Sequence record: DRR723986_2433
Length of the DNA stretch: 64,000 nucleotides
Direction: 5' to 3' (one strand)
In this document: piece after piece, positions 38,938 to 48,565 of the stretch
Layout of the letters: every line of letters starts with the position of its first letter
Position numbering within the stretch: the stretch's first letter is position 1
The notes under the pieces: model-generated
Told to the model about the DNA's origin: nothing
The model's database searches: none
The model's input: only the letters and a program-made list of their open reading frames with translations
Program-made: the position numbers and the translations under genes

Positions 38938-40287
38938 TTACGCTCCCACTGCGGCTTTCAGGGCCAGCAGTTCGGATTGAAATGCTTCGCGGTCGTAGGC
39001 CTCATCGTTGCTGAGTAATTTCAGCAAACGGTCCATTTTTGAGTTCACGGTTTGTGCAATGCGCGAATTGCCCTTTCGGGCAAGGCCATTGGCCACGCTG
39101 CTAATCGACATGTAGGCCTGTTCCGCACCCGCGAAATCGGCGTATTGGTTATTGGCTGCCATATTCACCAGGTCTTTCAGGATTTTCTCCAACACTTGCT
39201 CATTGAATGGAACCGTGGCCACTACTTTTCGCACAGTGTTCAGTTGCGCATGAAGTACGTTTGCGGCGCGTTCAACTTCAGTGAAGTTGGCGGCCGGTGA
39301 GGTGCTTGCAATGTGCAACTGGTTCACCAGTTTGGCAATGTCGCTGCTGTGCTGCGGTGCGGCTGCGCGAACAATGGCCTGAACCATGATGAGGCTGGAG
39401 TTGTTGATGCGTGCTTGCCCTGGGCTGCGCGCCAGGTCTTTGGACCAGTCTTTCTTGCTCATGGGTGAGTGGCAGGCGTGGCAGTCGAACATCATGAGTT
39501 CGGGCATGATGCCTTGGCGATTCCTCTTGGTGTCTGCGATCAATTCCAGCAAATTGGCGCTGCTTGCGAATTGCCCCATCGCCCAAATTTTACCGGCATC
39601 GTAAGCGCCTTTGCGCTTGACCCAATCCTCATCAATTCTGTAATGCGGTGGCTCCAGGGCCATGAAAGTTTCCACTTCAATCGAAATGCGCGGATGCCCC
39701 GCACCCATGATTTGATGGGTAATCGGGCGGCTTGAATCGCCCACATGGCAACTGGTGCACAGTTTGGCGGCAGCGTAGGGGTCGCTGGTGGGGTATAGGC
39801 CATTTTCAATATTCTTTGTATGGCTTGCCTTGGGTTCTACGTGGGTTTTAATCCATTTCTCCGCCGGACCGTGGCAAGCTTCGCAGTTCACGCCATCGCT
39901 TTTGTCAAAGCGCGGCCCCTGTTTACTGGCCGGCACATTGTGGCTGTGGCAATCCAGGCAAACTTTGGCTTCATGCGCAGGTTGGGCAAGCCCCAGGTTT
40001 TTGGCGATGCGTTGCGATTGTGCATTCTTTAACACGGCATACGCCTGGGTGTGTGGGTCTTCGCGCAGCCAGGTGGTGTATTCATTTTGCAAAACAGGTG
40101 TTGCTGTGCGTTCAGCAATGCTGCCATGGCAGGTGCTGCTGGCACAGTTCACTGTGCCAACCGATTGATGGGGTGATTGGTGCGGCATGGTTTGGGCCAT
40201 GCCGGCTGTGTGCGCAGCCAGCAACAAGCTTGTGCCTAGCGCAAGCAACAGGCGATTGAAGCATCGGTTCAAGGCATTTGCTTTCAT
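38938..40287 (-). CDS. Periplasmic multiheme c-type cytochrome (c554-like; 4 CxxCH + 1 CX4CH)
   Basis: Signal peptide; CASSTCH, CLDCH, CEACH, CTSCH, CHACH; helical C-terminal domain. Confidence 0.85.
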   Translation of the reverse strand: MKANALNRCFNRLLLALGTSLLLAAHTAGMAQTMPHQSPHQSVGTVNCASSTCHGSIAERTATPVLQNEYTTWLREDPHTQAYAVLKNAQSQRIAKNLGLAQPAHEAKVCLDCHSHNVPASKQGPRFDKSDGVNCEACHGPAEKWIKTHVEPKASHTKNIENGLYPTSDPYAAAKLCTSCHVGDSSRPITHQIMGAGHPRISIEVETFMALEPPHYRIDEDWVKRKGAYDAGKIWAMGQFASSANLLELIADTKRNRQGIMPELMMFDCHACHSPMSKKDWSKDLARSPGQARINNSSLIMVQAIVRAAAPQHSSDIAKLVNQLHIASTSPAANFTEVERAANVLHAQLNTVRKVVATVPFNEQVLEKILKDLVNMAANNQYADFAGAEQAYMSISSVANGLARKGNSRIAQTVNSKMDRLLKLLSNDEAYDREAFQSELLALKAAVGA

Positions 40288-40290
40288 GGC

Positions 40291-43200
40291 TTAATCCTTT
40301 CTGAAAGCCACTGAATTGACTTTGGGCTTGGGCAGGTAGTTTTCTTTTTCAACCTTGTCGGTCACGGTCCACAGGCGGCCATCGGGGCGAAGGTAAAACG
40401 CCTCCATTTCCTTGCGGGTGAAGGGGCGTGAACCAATGCGACCAAACACGGCAATTTGCCCGCCTGTCTCATCCACGGCGCGATCCCGGTCCAAACCTTT
40501 GGATACCGACAAAGCCGGACTGGGTGTTTTTCGCCATGCAATCAGTTCAGGCATGGGCGCAGGCGAGAATCCATAGAATCTCGGCTGCGTGTCAGGCGAG
40601 GTCAGTTGCAAAACCTTCAAACCATTGACACCGTCCGCCACATAGGCAAACAGGGAGGCATTGGTGGAGCCCACCACCACATCATGTGCGTCATTCAGTT
40701 GCCCGTCTGCAGTAAATTGTTGGTACACCACGGGCTTGCGCGGGCGTTCAATGTCGACAATCACCAAGCCCTGTTTTTTAGCCGCCACATAGGCGTAGGT
40801 GCGTGCCAAATAAACCCGTTGTGCATCTGCCATGGGTACCACGGCACCGGTGTGTTCGGGCTTCTCAGGGTGGGTAATGTCGATCACTTCCAGCCCTTTG
40901 GCTGTGGTGGCAAACAGGTAGCGGAATTGCACCGCTGTGGCACGAGCATCCTGCAAGGGCAGGGTGGTAATGTGGCGCGGCTTCAGCGGGTTGTTGATGT
41001 CAACAAACACCAGCCCCTTCGGCGTGGTGATGTAAGCGTAGTGCCCGCCCAAGGTAATGTGGCTTGCACCGTTCAACACCCCGTTTTCGTTCCAGGTTAC
41101 CGCGCGCTCGAAAAAGTTGTTGCGAGGCTCGCCGTCTGCCAGCGTGTTCACATTCACTGCAATCAGGCCTTCTTGGCTGTCGGTGATAAAGGCGTAGTTG
41201 TAGATGGGGTGGAAGGGCTGTTCCATATTGGTAACGCGCATCAGGTCGCCCTGGTTTTTCTCGGGGTTGATGGGCTGGTTGGTGGGTAGGGCCATGCAAG
41301 TCGCATTTTTGGAAGCCACATGGGTGTCGTGGCCAAGTGGGCTGAACGGTGCGGTGATCACGCGTTGCCCATAGCCTTTGTTGGCCACACTGGCTGCGTC
41401 ATAAGCGCGGAAACCGCCTTTGCCCTCTGCCACAAACACATATTCTCCGCGCAGCTGAATGCAACTGGCCACGCCTTTGGTGGTGTGGTCCATCAGCGCG
41501 GGCACCACGGTATCAGCCAGTTCTCGATTGCGATTCAAGTGGTTTTGATAATAGTCAGGGTAAGCGTACTTGTGCAGATAGCTGCCCAGCACGGCCTGCG
41601 GTTCGTCCCATTCGGTTACGGTAACCGCTGCAATGTGCTCTGTGCCGCCCAGCCATGCATTGAACCCGATGAAGTTCACAAAGTTTGTGCCTTGTAACAA
41701 CAGCTGCGCCATGATGGCGTTGTTGTCATCCTCGCGTGACAGATGGCAATCGCTACAGGTTTTTGTTTCTTCCTTGCGCTCGGTGTGTGGGTAGTGCGGT
41801 GCAAAGGCTTGCGATGAAAAACCGCTTGCAGCAATGGGTGGCTGTTGAATGTAAATGCGCTCCCGGTTCGCATTCATCGATGAAAGAATCAAGGCCGAAC
41901 TTGAACGAATTGGCGCAATGCGGTTGCCTTTCACCGGGCCATGCACGCCCAGCTGGAACATGTCGTCGCGCGCCACTTGTGGGTTGTAGGTGGCGTAGTT
42001 TCGGGTTTCTCCACCCTCATAATGCAGGCGCTCGGTTTTCCAGTTGGCTTGAATGGGCAGGTGGCAACCTGCACAGCTGGTGGTCCAGCTCAGGTGGCAG
42101 GTAAAGCAGGTCATCTTGTCGTTGTCGTGCGCCAGCTCTTTTACGCCTGGTCCCCATTTCCCGTCTTGGCCTTCTGCACCAGCACCCATCAGTTTGGCGC
42201 GTGCAGCTTTGGCGTTGTACTCAGGGTGTGCCGGGTTCATATTGTCTTTGACCAGGCTCATTTCCCATTCTTTGTTGGGGTCGAGTGCGGCGCGCTGGTA
42301 CAGTTTGCCATCTCGCCATTCGAAGCGTTTTCGGCCGTCCTGGGTTCGCAATTGGGTCAGATCAGTCCCGCCGGGTGGCGCAGCAGGCCCGCTGGTGCGC
42401 AAAGTGGGGTATTTGGTGGCGGTGCCATGACAATCGGCACAATCCACTTCAACTGCAGCAGCCACTTCGCCATAAATGTGACCATTGCCGTGCATGTCTT
42501 GCGCAAAGTGACAATCAACGCAGTGCATGCCCACGTCGAGGTGAATTGAACTCAGGTGAACGGCTTTGTCGAATTTTTTGGGGTCGTCGTCGGCAACCAC
42601 ATTGCCCTGCGCATCCAGCAAAGCACCTTTGCGGTTGCGCTTGAAAACTGCACGGAAGTTCCAGCCGTGCCCGTGGTAATCGGCAAATTGCGTGTCTTTC
42701 AGTTTGCTGTTGAGCGTTGAAACGTTTTTGAGGAATTCGGGGTCGCTCCACTTGCCACGCACCGCGGCTTCTTCGGGGTTGCGATCCAGAATTTCACGCA
42801 TTTCTGAATCGGTGGGGTAACGTTGCTTTTCCGGCCACATGTGCGGTGCATCGCTTTCGTAGTCCCACATGATGTAGCCGTAATAGCTGTTCACAAACAC
42901 GTTGGGCTGGTGCATGTGGCACACCATGCACTGCGAGCTTGGAATGGCGCGTGTGAATTCATGCTTCACCGGGTGACCACTTTCGTTTTTTGCAATGGTC
43001 GGGTCAATGGTTTGCGTGGTGCCATCATGACCCAACTTGGCGTAGGGCCCTGCATGCTTTGGGTCACGGTCGTTGGTGTAAATGGTGTGGCAGCCCGTAC
43101 AACCCGATGAACGGTAGTCACCGGGTTGCTCATTGGTGCCCAGGAACCAAAGATGCGGATCGTTCAAACGGGTCTTGGTCACGTTGATCAAGGGCACGGC

Positions 43201-44190
43201 AATACGCTGGCCGGTGCCAGGGCCCCGGTTGGATTGCTTGATGTCGGGTCGCCCCGGTTCGTCCAGTCGCTGAATTTGGCCCAAGACGTTGGGTAAACCC
43301 ACTTCAGGAAATATGCTGTTGATCACTTTGCCGCCACGTTCGAACACGCGGAATATATCGCCAGGGGGCGTGGTTTCCCAAGCGGGCAAGGGCGCCAGTT
43401 CATTCAGAATACCCTTGTGAACAAACAGCTCGTTGTTGGCCTCCACCGGGTTTTTCAGCAAACCGGGTTTTCCGTCTTGCGTGTAGGCCTCGCCCAGAAT
43501 GTAGCGTTTGTAAGGCAAAATTCCATTGTTGTACGAGGCTCCACCCCACAACATGGCCGATGTACTCATCAAGCTGCGCTCTTGGGCCTGAATGATCGGC
43601 AAGTGGCATGCACCGCAGGCTTCGCGTGCCACTCGCAAGTCACCGGGGTTGACGAAGCGGATGTAGGCAGGGTGTTCCTTGTTCAGCTTGGCGTACGAAC
43701 GCCTTGGGTTGGCCGACGAAGGGTAGTTCCAGAACTTTTCGTTTCGAGGCGCAATGTGGGCTTTGTCCAGTGCGGCTCTATATTCAGGAGCAAAGCCCTT
43801 TTCTCGCGCTGCGCGGGTGTGGTCATAGGCCAGCGTGCCTTGCTTTTGCTCTTTGCCATCCCATTTCACGGTGGCGTCACCACCATGGCAATCGGTGCAA
43901 CCCAACACCACACCGGGGTTGGCGTGCATGGTGTGTTCATCTGTCTGTGTGTGGCAGCTCATGCAGCCTTCGGTTTTAGCAAAGGCCTCCTGTGCAGTTT
44001 GCCGTTCAGGTGCATGGGGTGCCATGGTGTAGCTTTTTTCAGGCAACTTTTCACTGGCTGCATGGGCTACATCGTTGATAAGTAATGTGCAAACAGTCGC
44101 CACCGCGAAACCCAAGCCAAGCAGCCAGCCCTGCCAGCGATCGTTGCTGGCGGGCTTTGTGGGAGGAGCAATGGCGTTATTCAAATTCAT
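40291..44190 (-). CDS. Large exported decaheme cytochrome c with C-terminal LVIVD-repeat beta-propeller
   Basis: Signal peptide ending AHA; 10 CxxCH (CMSCH, CTDCH, CGACH, CTGCH, CMVCH, CVDCH, CADCH, CFTCH, CAGCH, CSDCH); repeats GLVFVDINNP, GLEVIDITHP, GLVIVDIERP. Confidence 0.88.
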   Translation of the reverse strand: MNLNNAIAPPTKPASNDRWQGWLLGLGFAVATVCTLLINDVAHAASEKLPEKSYTMAPHAPERQTAQEAFAKTEGCMSCHTQTDEHTMHANPGVVLGCTDCHGGDATVKWDGKEQKQGTLAYDHTRAAREKGFAPEYRAALDKAHIAPRNEKFWNYPSSANPRRSYAKLNKEHPAYIRFVNPGDLRVAREACGACHLPIIQAQERSLMSTSAMLWGGASYNNGILPYKRYILGEAYTQDGKPGLLKNPVEANNELFVHKGILNELAPLPAWETTPPGDIFRVFERGGKVINSIFPEVGLPNVLGQIQRLDEPGRPDIKQSNRGPGTGQRIAVPLINVTKTRLNDPHLWFLGTNEQPGDYRSSGCTGCHTIYTNDRDPKHAGPYAKLGHDGTTQTIDPTIAKNESGHPVKHEFTRAIPSSQCMVCHMHQPNVFVNSYYGYIMWDYESDAPHMWPEKQRYPTDSEMREILDRNPEEAAVRGKWSDPEFLKNVSTLNSKLKDTQFADYHGHGWNFRAVFKRNRKGALLDAQGNVVADDDPKKFDKAVHLSSIHLDVGMHCVDCHFAQDMHGNGHIYGEVAAAVEVDCADCHGTATKYPTLRTSGPAAPPGGTDLTQLRTQDGRKRFEWRDGKLYQRAALDPNKEWEMSLVKDNMNPAHPEYNAKAARAKLMGAGAEGQDGKWGPGVKELAHDNDKMTCFTCHLSWTTSCAGCHLPIQANWKTERLHYEGGETRNYATYNPQVARDDMFQLGVHGPVKGNRIAPIRSSSALILSSMNANRERIYIQQPPIAASGFSSQAFAPHYPHTERKEETKTCSDCHLSREDDNNAIMAQLLLQGTNFVNFIGFNAWLGGTEHIAAVTVTEWDEPQAVLGSYLHKYAYPDYYQNHLNRNRELADTVVPALMDHTTKGVASCIQLRGEYVFVAEGKGGFRAYDAASVANKGYGQRVITAPFSPLGHDTHVASKNATCMALPTNQPINPEKNQGDLMRVTNMEQPFHPIYNYAFITDSQEGLIAVNVNTLADGEPRNNFFERAVTWNENGVLNGASHITLGGHYAYITTPKGLVFVDINNPLKPRHITTLPLQDARATAVQFRYLFATTAKGLEVIDITHPEKPEHTGAVVPMADAQRVYLARTYAYVAAKKQGLVIVDIERPRKPVVYQQFTADGQLNDAHDVVVGSTNASLFAYVADGVNGLKVLQLTSPDTQPRFYGFSPAPMPELIAWRKTPSPALSVSKGLDRDRAVDETGGQIAVFGRIGSRPFTRKEMEAFYLRPDGRLWTVTDKVEKENYLPKPKVNSVAFRKD

Positions 44191-44206
44191 CAACAAACAA
44201 CCTGCC

Positions 44207-46456
44207 TTAAAAACTCAAAATCACGTTGAACAAAAACGAGTAAGGGTCTTTGTCTTCCGGGAACAATTCTTTGTAGCCCTTGCCCGGTAAAAGTTTGGCA
44301 AACGACCCGTTCACCACAATGTTTTGCGAGAAGAAGGGGCGGTACTGAAAACCCACCGACGCATCAATACCCAAATCCGTGGATGGTGGGCGTTGCTGGC
44401 GCAAGGTGCCCAGCACATTGGTGTTGTCGAATTCAAGCTTGTTGACGTTGGCCACCAAACGAAGCTCGGGCAATACATCAATATCGGCACCAATACCCAG
44501 CAGCAACAGGCCTGGGTTGATGAAATTCGATTGCCCCTGTTCTTTACTTGAACGCAGGGAAGGCAACACACCGTTTCGGCCTGACAAAGCTACACCACCA
44601 CCGCCAATCAAAGGAATATTCTGACGGATGAAAAAGCTGGTGTCGGCACCTGCAAACTGGGGGTTCTCGAATATGGCATCGAAGCCCTCGGCTTTTCCAT
44701 CAAAAGGATCTTCGTCGCCCGACGCATACAGGAAGCTGCCACGCAAACGGAACCAGTCAAAGTCGCGCGACAATTCTGTGGCGTGAAAGAATGCATCAAT
44801 GTCTTGCTCGCGCTGGGCAAGCGGGTGCCTGTCTGTTTTACCCGTGGCGTAGTAGGTTGACGTGGTAATGTTCATGCGGCCGTAGTGGCCATCACCGCTG
44901 AACCCAAAATAGTCCACATGGTAGCCAAACGGCTTTTGATCGCCCAGCGAGGAGGGCCGAGCGAGAAATCCGTTCGCGTCAAAGTAACGTTCACCGTCTT
45001 CATCGTTGCGGTTGTGGATGTAAGAAACCTGACTGGTGAAACCCAAAAACGGAAAGTCTTGCCGGTACAGGTTGGCCACGAAAAAATCATCGTCACGCAG
45101 GTCTTGCCGAATATCATTCAGACCACTGTTGGTGTCTTTTTCAACCCGCTTGAAATAGCCGATGTTGTATTGGTAAATGTTGTTGTTGCGGTTGCCGAAC
45201 AGGCGAATGCCCATGGGCAGGTCTTGGAACAGAAAGCCCCGGAAGTCGCTGATGAATGGCTGAATACCTACACGCAAGCTGTCGAAATCGTAGCGATCTG
45301 ACACGTTGCGAAGGTGCACGTCGACAAATGCTTCCTGAATACCCACAAACCCTTCACGGCGAACATCGCCGGAAGAAGAGGCAATTTTCAGCAAGCGGTC
45401 TTCATTGACGCGCACATCGGTGTAGTTGAACACCGGTGTTAAACGGAACTCATAGTCGGGTGGTTTGAAAGTAGTGTTGCCTTTGGTCAACGACAAACTC
45501 ACGATCAAGTTGTGGGCAAAAATCGATTGCTCACCATCACCGAAAATATTGGCCTGCCCACCAGTGGTGGATGTGGCTGGCGGTACAGGCACCGGAAAGT
45601 TGCGTTGCTCGTACAGCGTGTCGGCAATAATACCCAAGTTAAAAAACCAGTCGGGGCCCAGTGTGTTTTGCAACACCGGCAGGTCGCCCTTGATCACGTT
45701 TTGGTTGTAGGGGTCGAACAGCGGAAACTTGAAACCCAGCGACTGCATGATGCGCCAGCGATCAGGCACTGCCACTGTTTCGCGTGGCAGGTTGGGCAAA
45801 GGTGGGGGCACCTGGCTCGGGTCGATCACGGGTATGGCAATGTCACGCGGCACAATGGGTGTGTCGCGGCCAGGAATGGCGCGCTGTACCTGCGGTGTTT
45901 GTGGAATTGTGTTGGGGACTATGCCCGGTGTGGCAGTGCTTGAAGGGCGTATGCCAGTGCCTGCTTTGTCTTGCAGCACATCGGCTGAAAATGCACGGGG
46001 CGCAAATACGCCGAGCGATTGTTCACCGTACTGGCCGGTGCCTTGTTGCACCCAGCCGTCGGTGCTGCCCAGGAAGCCACCCAAGAGGCTGTCTTGAATA
46101 CGAACTCGATACCAGCCGTCTTTCTCTTCATAGGCATCGACCAACTGACCTTTGAAAAACTCGCCAATCGCGCGAGACTCCTTGTTGGGTTTTGTGTACA
46201 CCACGCTTCGGTTGTCAAACACTTGCAGCAACACCAGCGGGCGTTCGGCGTTTTCAAGTTCCGCAACTTCCGGAATGCCAGCCACTTTCCGGGTAACTTT
46301 CTCAACGGTTTCTGTCACCTGGGCAACAAGGTTGGGCTTTGTTTCGCTGCGAATATCCGCCCGAATTTGTGCAATTGCGGGCACGGGCAGCAAGCCAGCC
46401 AAAATCAGCCCAATGGCCAGTGGTTTCAAACGCATGATGTTGTTGTTTTTCTTCAT
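44207..46456 (-). CDS. Outer-membrane beta-barrel with N-terminal SH3b-like domain
   Basis: Signal peptide; SH3-like VYTKPNKESRAIGEF...DGWYRV...DGWV; Pro-rich linker; aromatic beta-strands; C-terminal beta-signal FLFNVILSF; ATGA overlap with upstream gene. Confidence 0.72.
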   Translation of the reverse strand: MKKNNNIMRLKPLAIGLILAGLLPVPAIAQIRADIRSETKPNLVAQVTETVEKVTRKVAGIPEVAELENAERPLVLLQVFDNRSVVYTKPNKESRAIGEFFKGQLVDAYEEKDGWYRVRIQDSLLGGFLGSTDGWVQQGTGQYGEQSLGVFAPRAFSADVLQDKAGTGIRPSSTATPGIVPNTIPQTPQVQRAIPGRDTPIVPRDIAIPVIDPSQVPPPLPNLPRETVAVPDRWRIMQSLGFKFPLFDPYNQNVIKGDLPVLQNTLGPDWFFNLGIIADTLYEQRNFPVPVPPATSTTGGQANIFGDGEQSIFAHNLIVSLSLTKGNTTFKPPDYEFRLTPVFNYTDVRVNEDRLLKIASSSGDVRREGFVGIQEAFVDVHLRNVSDRYDFDSLRVGIQPFISDFRGFLFQDLPMGIRLFGNRNNNIYQYNIGYFKRVEKDTNSGLNDIRQDLRDDDFFVANLYRQDFPFLGFTSQVSYIHNRNDEDGERYFDANGFLARPSSLGDQKPFGYHVDYFGFSGDGHYGRMNITTSTYYATGKTDRHPLAQREQDIDAFFHATELSRDFDWFRLRGSFLYASGDEDPFDGKAEGFDAIFENPQFAGADTSFFIRQNIPLIGGGGVALSGRNGVLPSLRSSKEQGQSNFINPGLLLLGIGADIDVLPELRLVANVNKLEFDNTNVLGTLRQQRPPSTDLGIDASVGFQYRPFFSQNIVVNGSFAKLLPGKGYKELFPEDKDPYSFLFNVILSF

Positions 46457-48462
46457 GGTGCTGGGCATACGTTTTGTTCACTGCTGTTGTTGAACGGAGT
46501 TTGCGGACACTGCACATACTTCAAAAACTCGCCTGAATTGGATAATTCATTGGCAGTCAGCAAGGTGGAGGGGAATGGGCGCATGGTGCTACCTACTGCT
46601 GCAGCTCCGTTGATTACACCCAGGTAGCCAATCATGTCGTCCTGGTCCACGCCGTCACCGGACACACCAATTGCACCTACCAATGTGTCGCCTTTATAAA
46701 TCGGGAAACCTCCCGGGAAAATCTGCATACCATTGGCGAAGCGGCTTTGTCGGCCTGCGGGAATATTCACGTCGTCAACACAGGTGAGTGCGGCTGGGGG
46801 TGAGAACTGATTTGCTGCGCGCGTGGTCGCTGTCAGCGTACCCAATACCTTGTTGGTCACAATGTTCAATTGAAAGCCAACGTTGAAAGGGCTCCATTGA
46901 GAGATTGGTGATGAAAGTGGGCCTGTTGGCGTACCCACCTCGCCGTCTGGAAAGTAGGGGCGGTGCACGTTGCCGATTGCGCGCGCTGAAAATGCCTTGC
47001 TGCCATTCAGGGAACTGGCCTGCCCGGTAAAAAACGTGTCCATGGCAATTGCGAAAGACGCGTGTGGTCCGTCGGTGTTGGATGGGGGTGGGGCAGAATC
47101 AATCGATTTAAAATCGCTCAACGCTTCTGACGAGCTGAATGCTAGCGCCGAGCGCGCTTTTTGTACCGATACATCAGTACCAAATATCGGTGCGTCTGAC
47201 GAGCGAACCAAGCCTAGAATATCTCCGTCAAGATCAACCACAGACACCGTGACTTCCGCTGGAGAACCCAAAGGATTTCTGATTTGCGCACGAGCGCGGT
47301 TCGCAATCTTCATACCCTCGACCAGAATATTCTGCACCTCGGCTTGCGTCAGGTTCGCTCCGGCAGTCGGCGGAAAGCGCACCGAGGTGTTGTCAGCGGG
47401 GTTGGTAATCAGGGTAAATGTGTTCAGGCCATTGAAAGCTGGGGCGGTGGTTGCTACGTAACCGGATTGACTGGTCCCGTAAGAGGTGCCCGCGATTACA
47501 TCCGCAACTTCTTTGTAGCCGGTAACCGCTACAAAATTTCCATTCCCAGCCAGCGCCGCGGCGCCAGCCATTGCGGGTGTGGTGTTGGAAAACTGAAAGG
47601 TTTGACCGTTTGCAGTAATACGATTTGCGCGAATTTGAGCGGGCGCACGGAAAGCCTCAGGCAGTGCGGCAAATGCGATCTCTTCTTCAAGGTCTACTTC
47701 ATTGGTGAGGATGTCACGGTCCAGCCCGTAAACGCCTTGGGTACCCGCATCGGTGGATGCAATCACGCCGATACCACCGATCACCCGACCTTCCTGATAG
47801 ATCGGAAAGCCACCAGGATCTGCTGACAATCCCAATGGTGATCGTTTTGGGCCGATGGTCGCATTTTGTGAAAGCCACACATTCAGATCAGAGCAGGGAA
47901 GTTGGCTAAACTGCACACCATACAGTGGGCCGCTGGGCTGGCCTGTTTCCCCGGGTTGGAAAAATTCCTGAACAATTTGGCTGGCTGTGCGGGTGCTGAA
48001 TGCGTTCCCGGTTGAAGACAAATAAGCTCCGGTAATTGCTTTGGCAATGGCCGCCAATTCACTGGGTACAGGTGTGAATCCGTCAAGGCCTCTGCCATTG
48101 GCACCACTCAGTCCGCTTGTGATCACTACAGATGGACTGGAGTTGGTCATGCGATAAACAGCCAACACATTGCCCACACGGTCGGTGATTGCGATGGTTG
48201 ATTGCACACCTCTGGAAATGGACGCTTGTACCGCGCGGGCCACAATGTCGTTGACCTCCGGGATGGAGAGACTTTGCGTGCCCAAAGGCTCAACATTGAA
48301 ATTGGGTTCAGACGAGCTTCCACCGCCACCCCCGCCACCGCAAGATACCAAGATAAATGGTGTTGCAAGGCAAACTGCCACTCCCATGGCAATCCGTTTT
48401 AATTGTGCTACCGAGCCTTTTACGGCGTATGTGCCGGTTGCTGCATCTGTGCGTTTTCGCAT
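46453..48462 (-). CDS. Lipoprotein with two GlcG/HbpS (DUF336) heme-binding domains
   Basis: Lipobox LVSC followed by poly-Gly; two copies of IAIT/VSVV-D..G...KA...GGFPIY..G..IGV. Confidence 0.8.
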   Translation of the reverse strand: MRKRTDAATGTYAVKGSVAQLKRIAMGVAVCLATPFILVSCGGGGGGGSSSEPNFNVEPLGTQSLSIPEVNDIVARAVQASISRGVQSTIAITDRVGNVLAVYRMTNSSPSVVITSGLSGANGRGLDGFTPVPSELAAIAKAITGAYLSSTGNAFSTRTASQIVQEFFQPGETGQPSGPLYGVQFSQLPCSDLNVWLSQNATIGPKRSPLGLSADPGGFPIYQEGRVIGGIGVIASTDAGTQGVYGLDRDILTNEVDLEEEIAFAALPEAFRAPAQIRANRITANGQTFQFSNTTPAMAGAAALAGNGNFVAVTGYKEVADVIAGTSYGTSQSGYVATTAPAFNGLNTFTLITNPADNTSVRFPPTAGANLTQAEVQNILVEGMKIANRARAQIRNPLGSPAEVTVSVVDLDGDILGLVRSSDAPIFGTDVSVQKARSALAFSSSEALSDFKSIDSAPPPSNTDGPHASFAIAMDTFFTGQASSLNGSKAFSARAIGNVHRPYFPDGEVGTPTGPLSSPISQWSPFNVGFQLNIVTNKVLGTLTATTRAANQFSPPAALTCVDDVNIPAGRQSRFANGMQIFPGGFPIYKGDTLVGAIGVSGDGVDQDDMIGYLGVINGAAAVGSTMRPFPSTLLTANELSNSGEFLKYVQCPQTPFNNSSEQNVCPAP

Positions 48463-48495
48463 CGACTTCTAACTCGCTCATCTTTGTTTTTCAAT

Positions 48496-48517
48496 GGACT
48501 TGCTTGCCTGCAAGTCC
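48496..48517. other. 8-bp intergenic hairpin GGACTTGC-N6-GCAAGTCC without U-tract
   Basis: Seen directly in the only large gap (103 bp) of the cytochrome operon; possible mRNA stability/processing element or operator. Confidence 0.35.
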
Positions 48518-48565
48518 CCAGTTCACTGCTGGTCTGTCTACTCAAGTTACTGCGTCGAATGGCGA

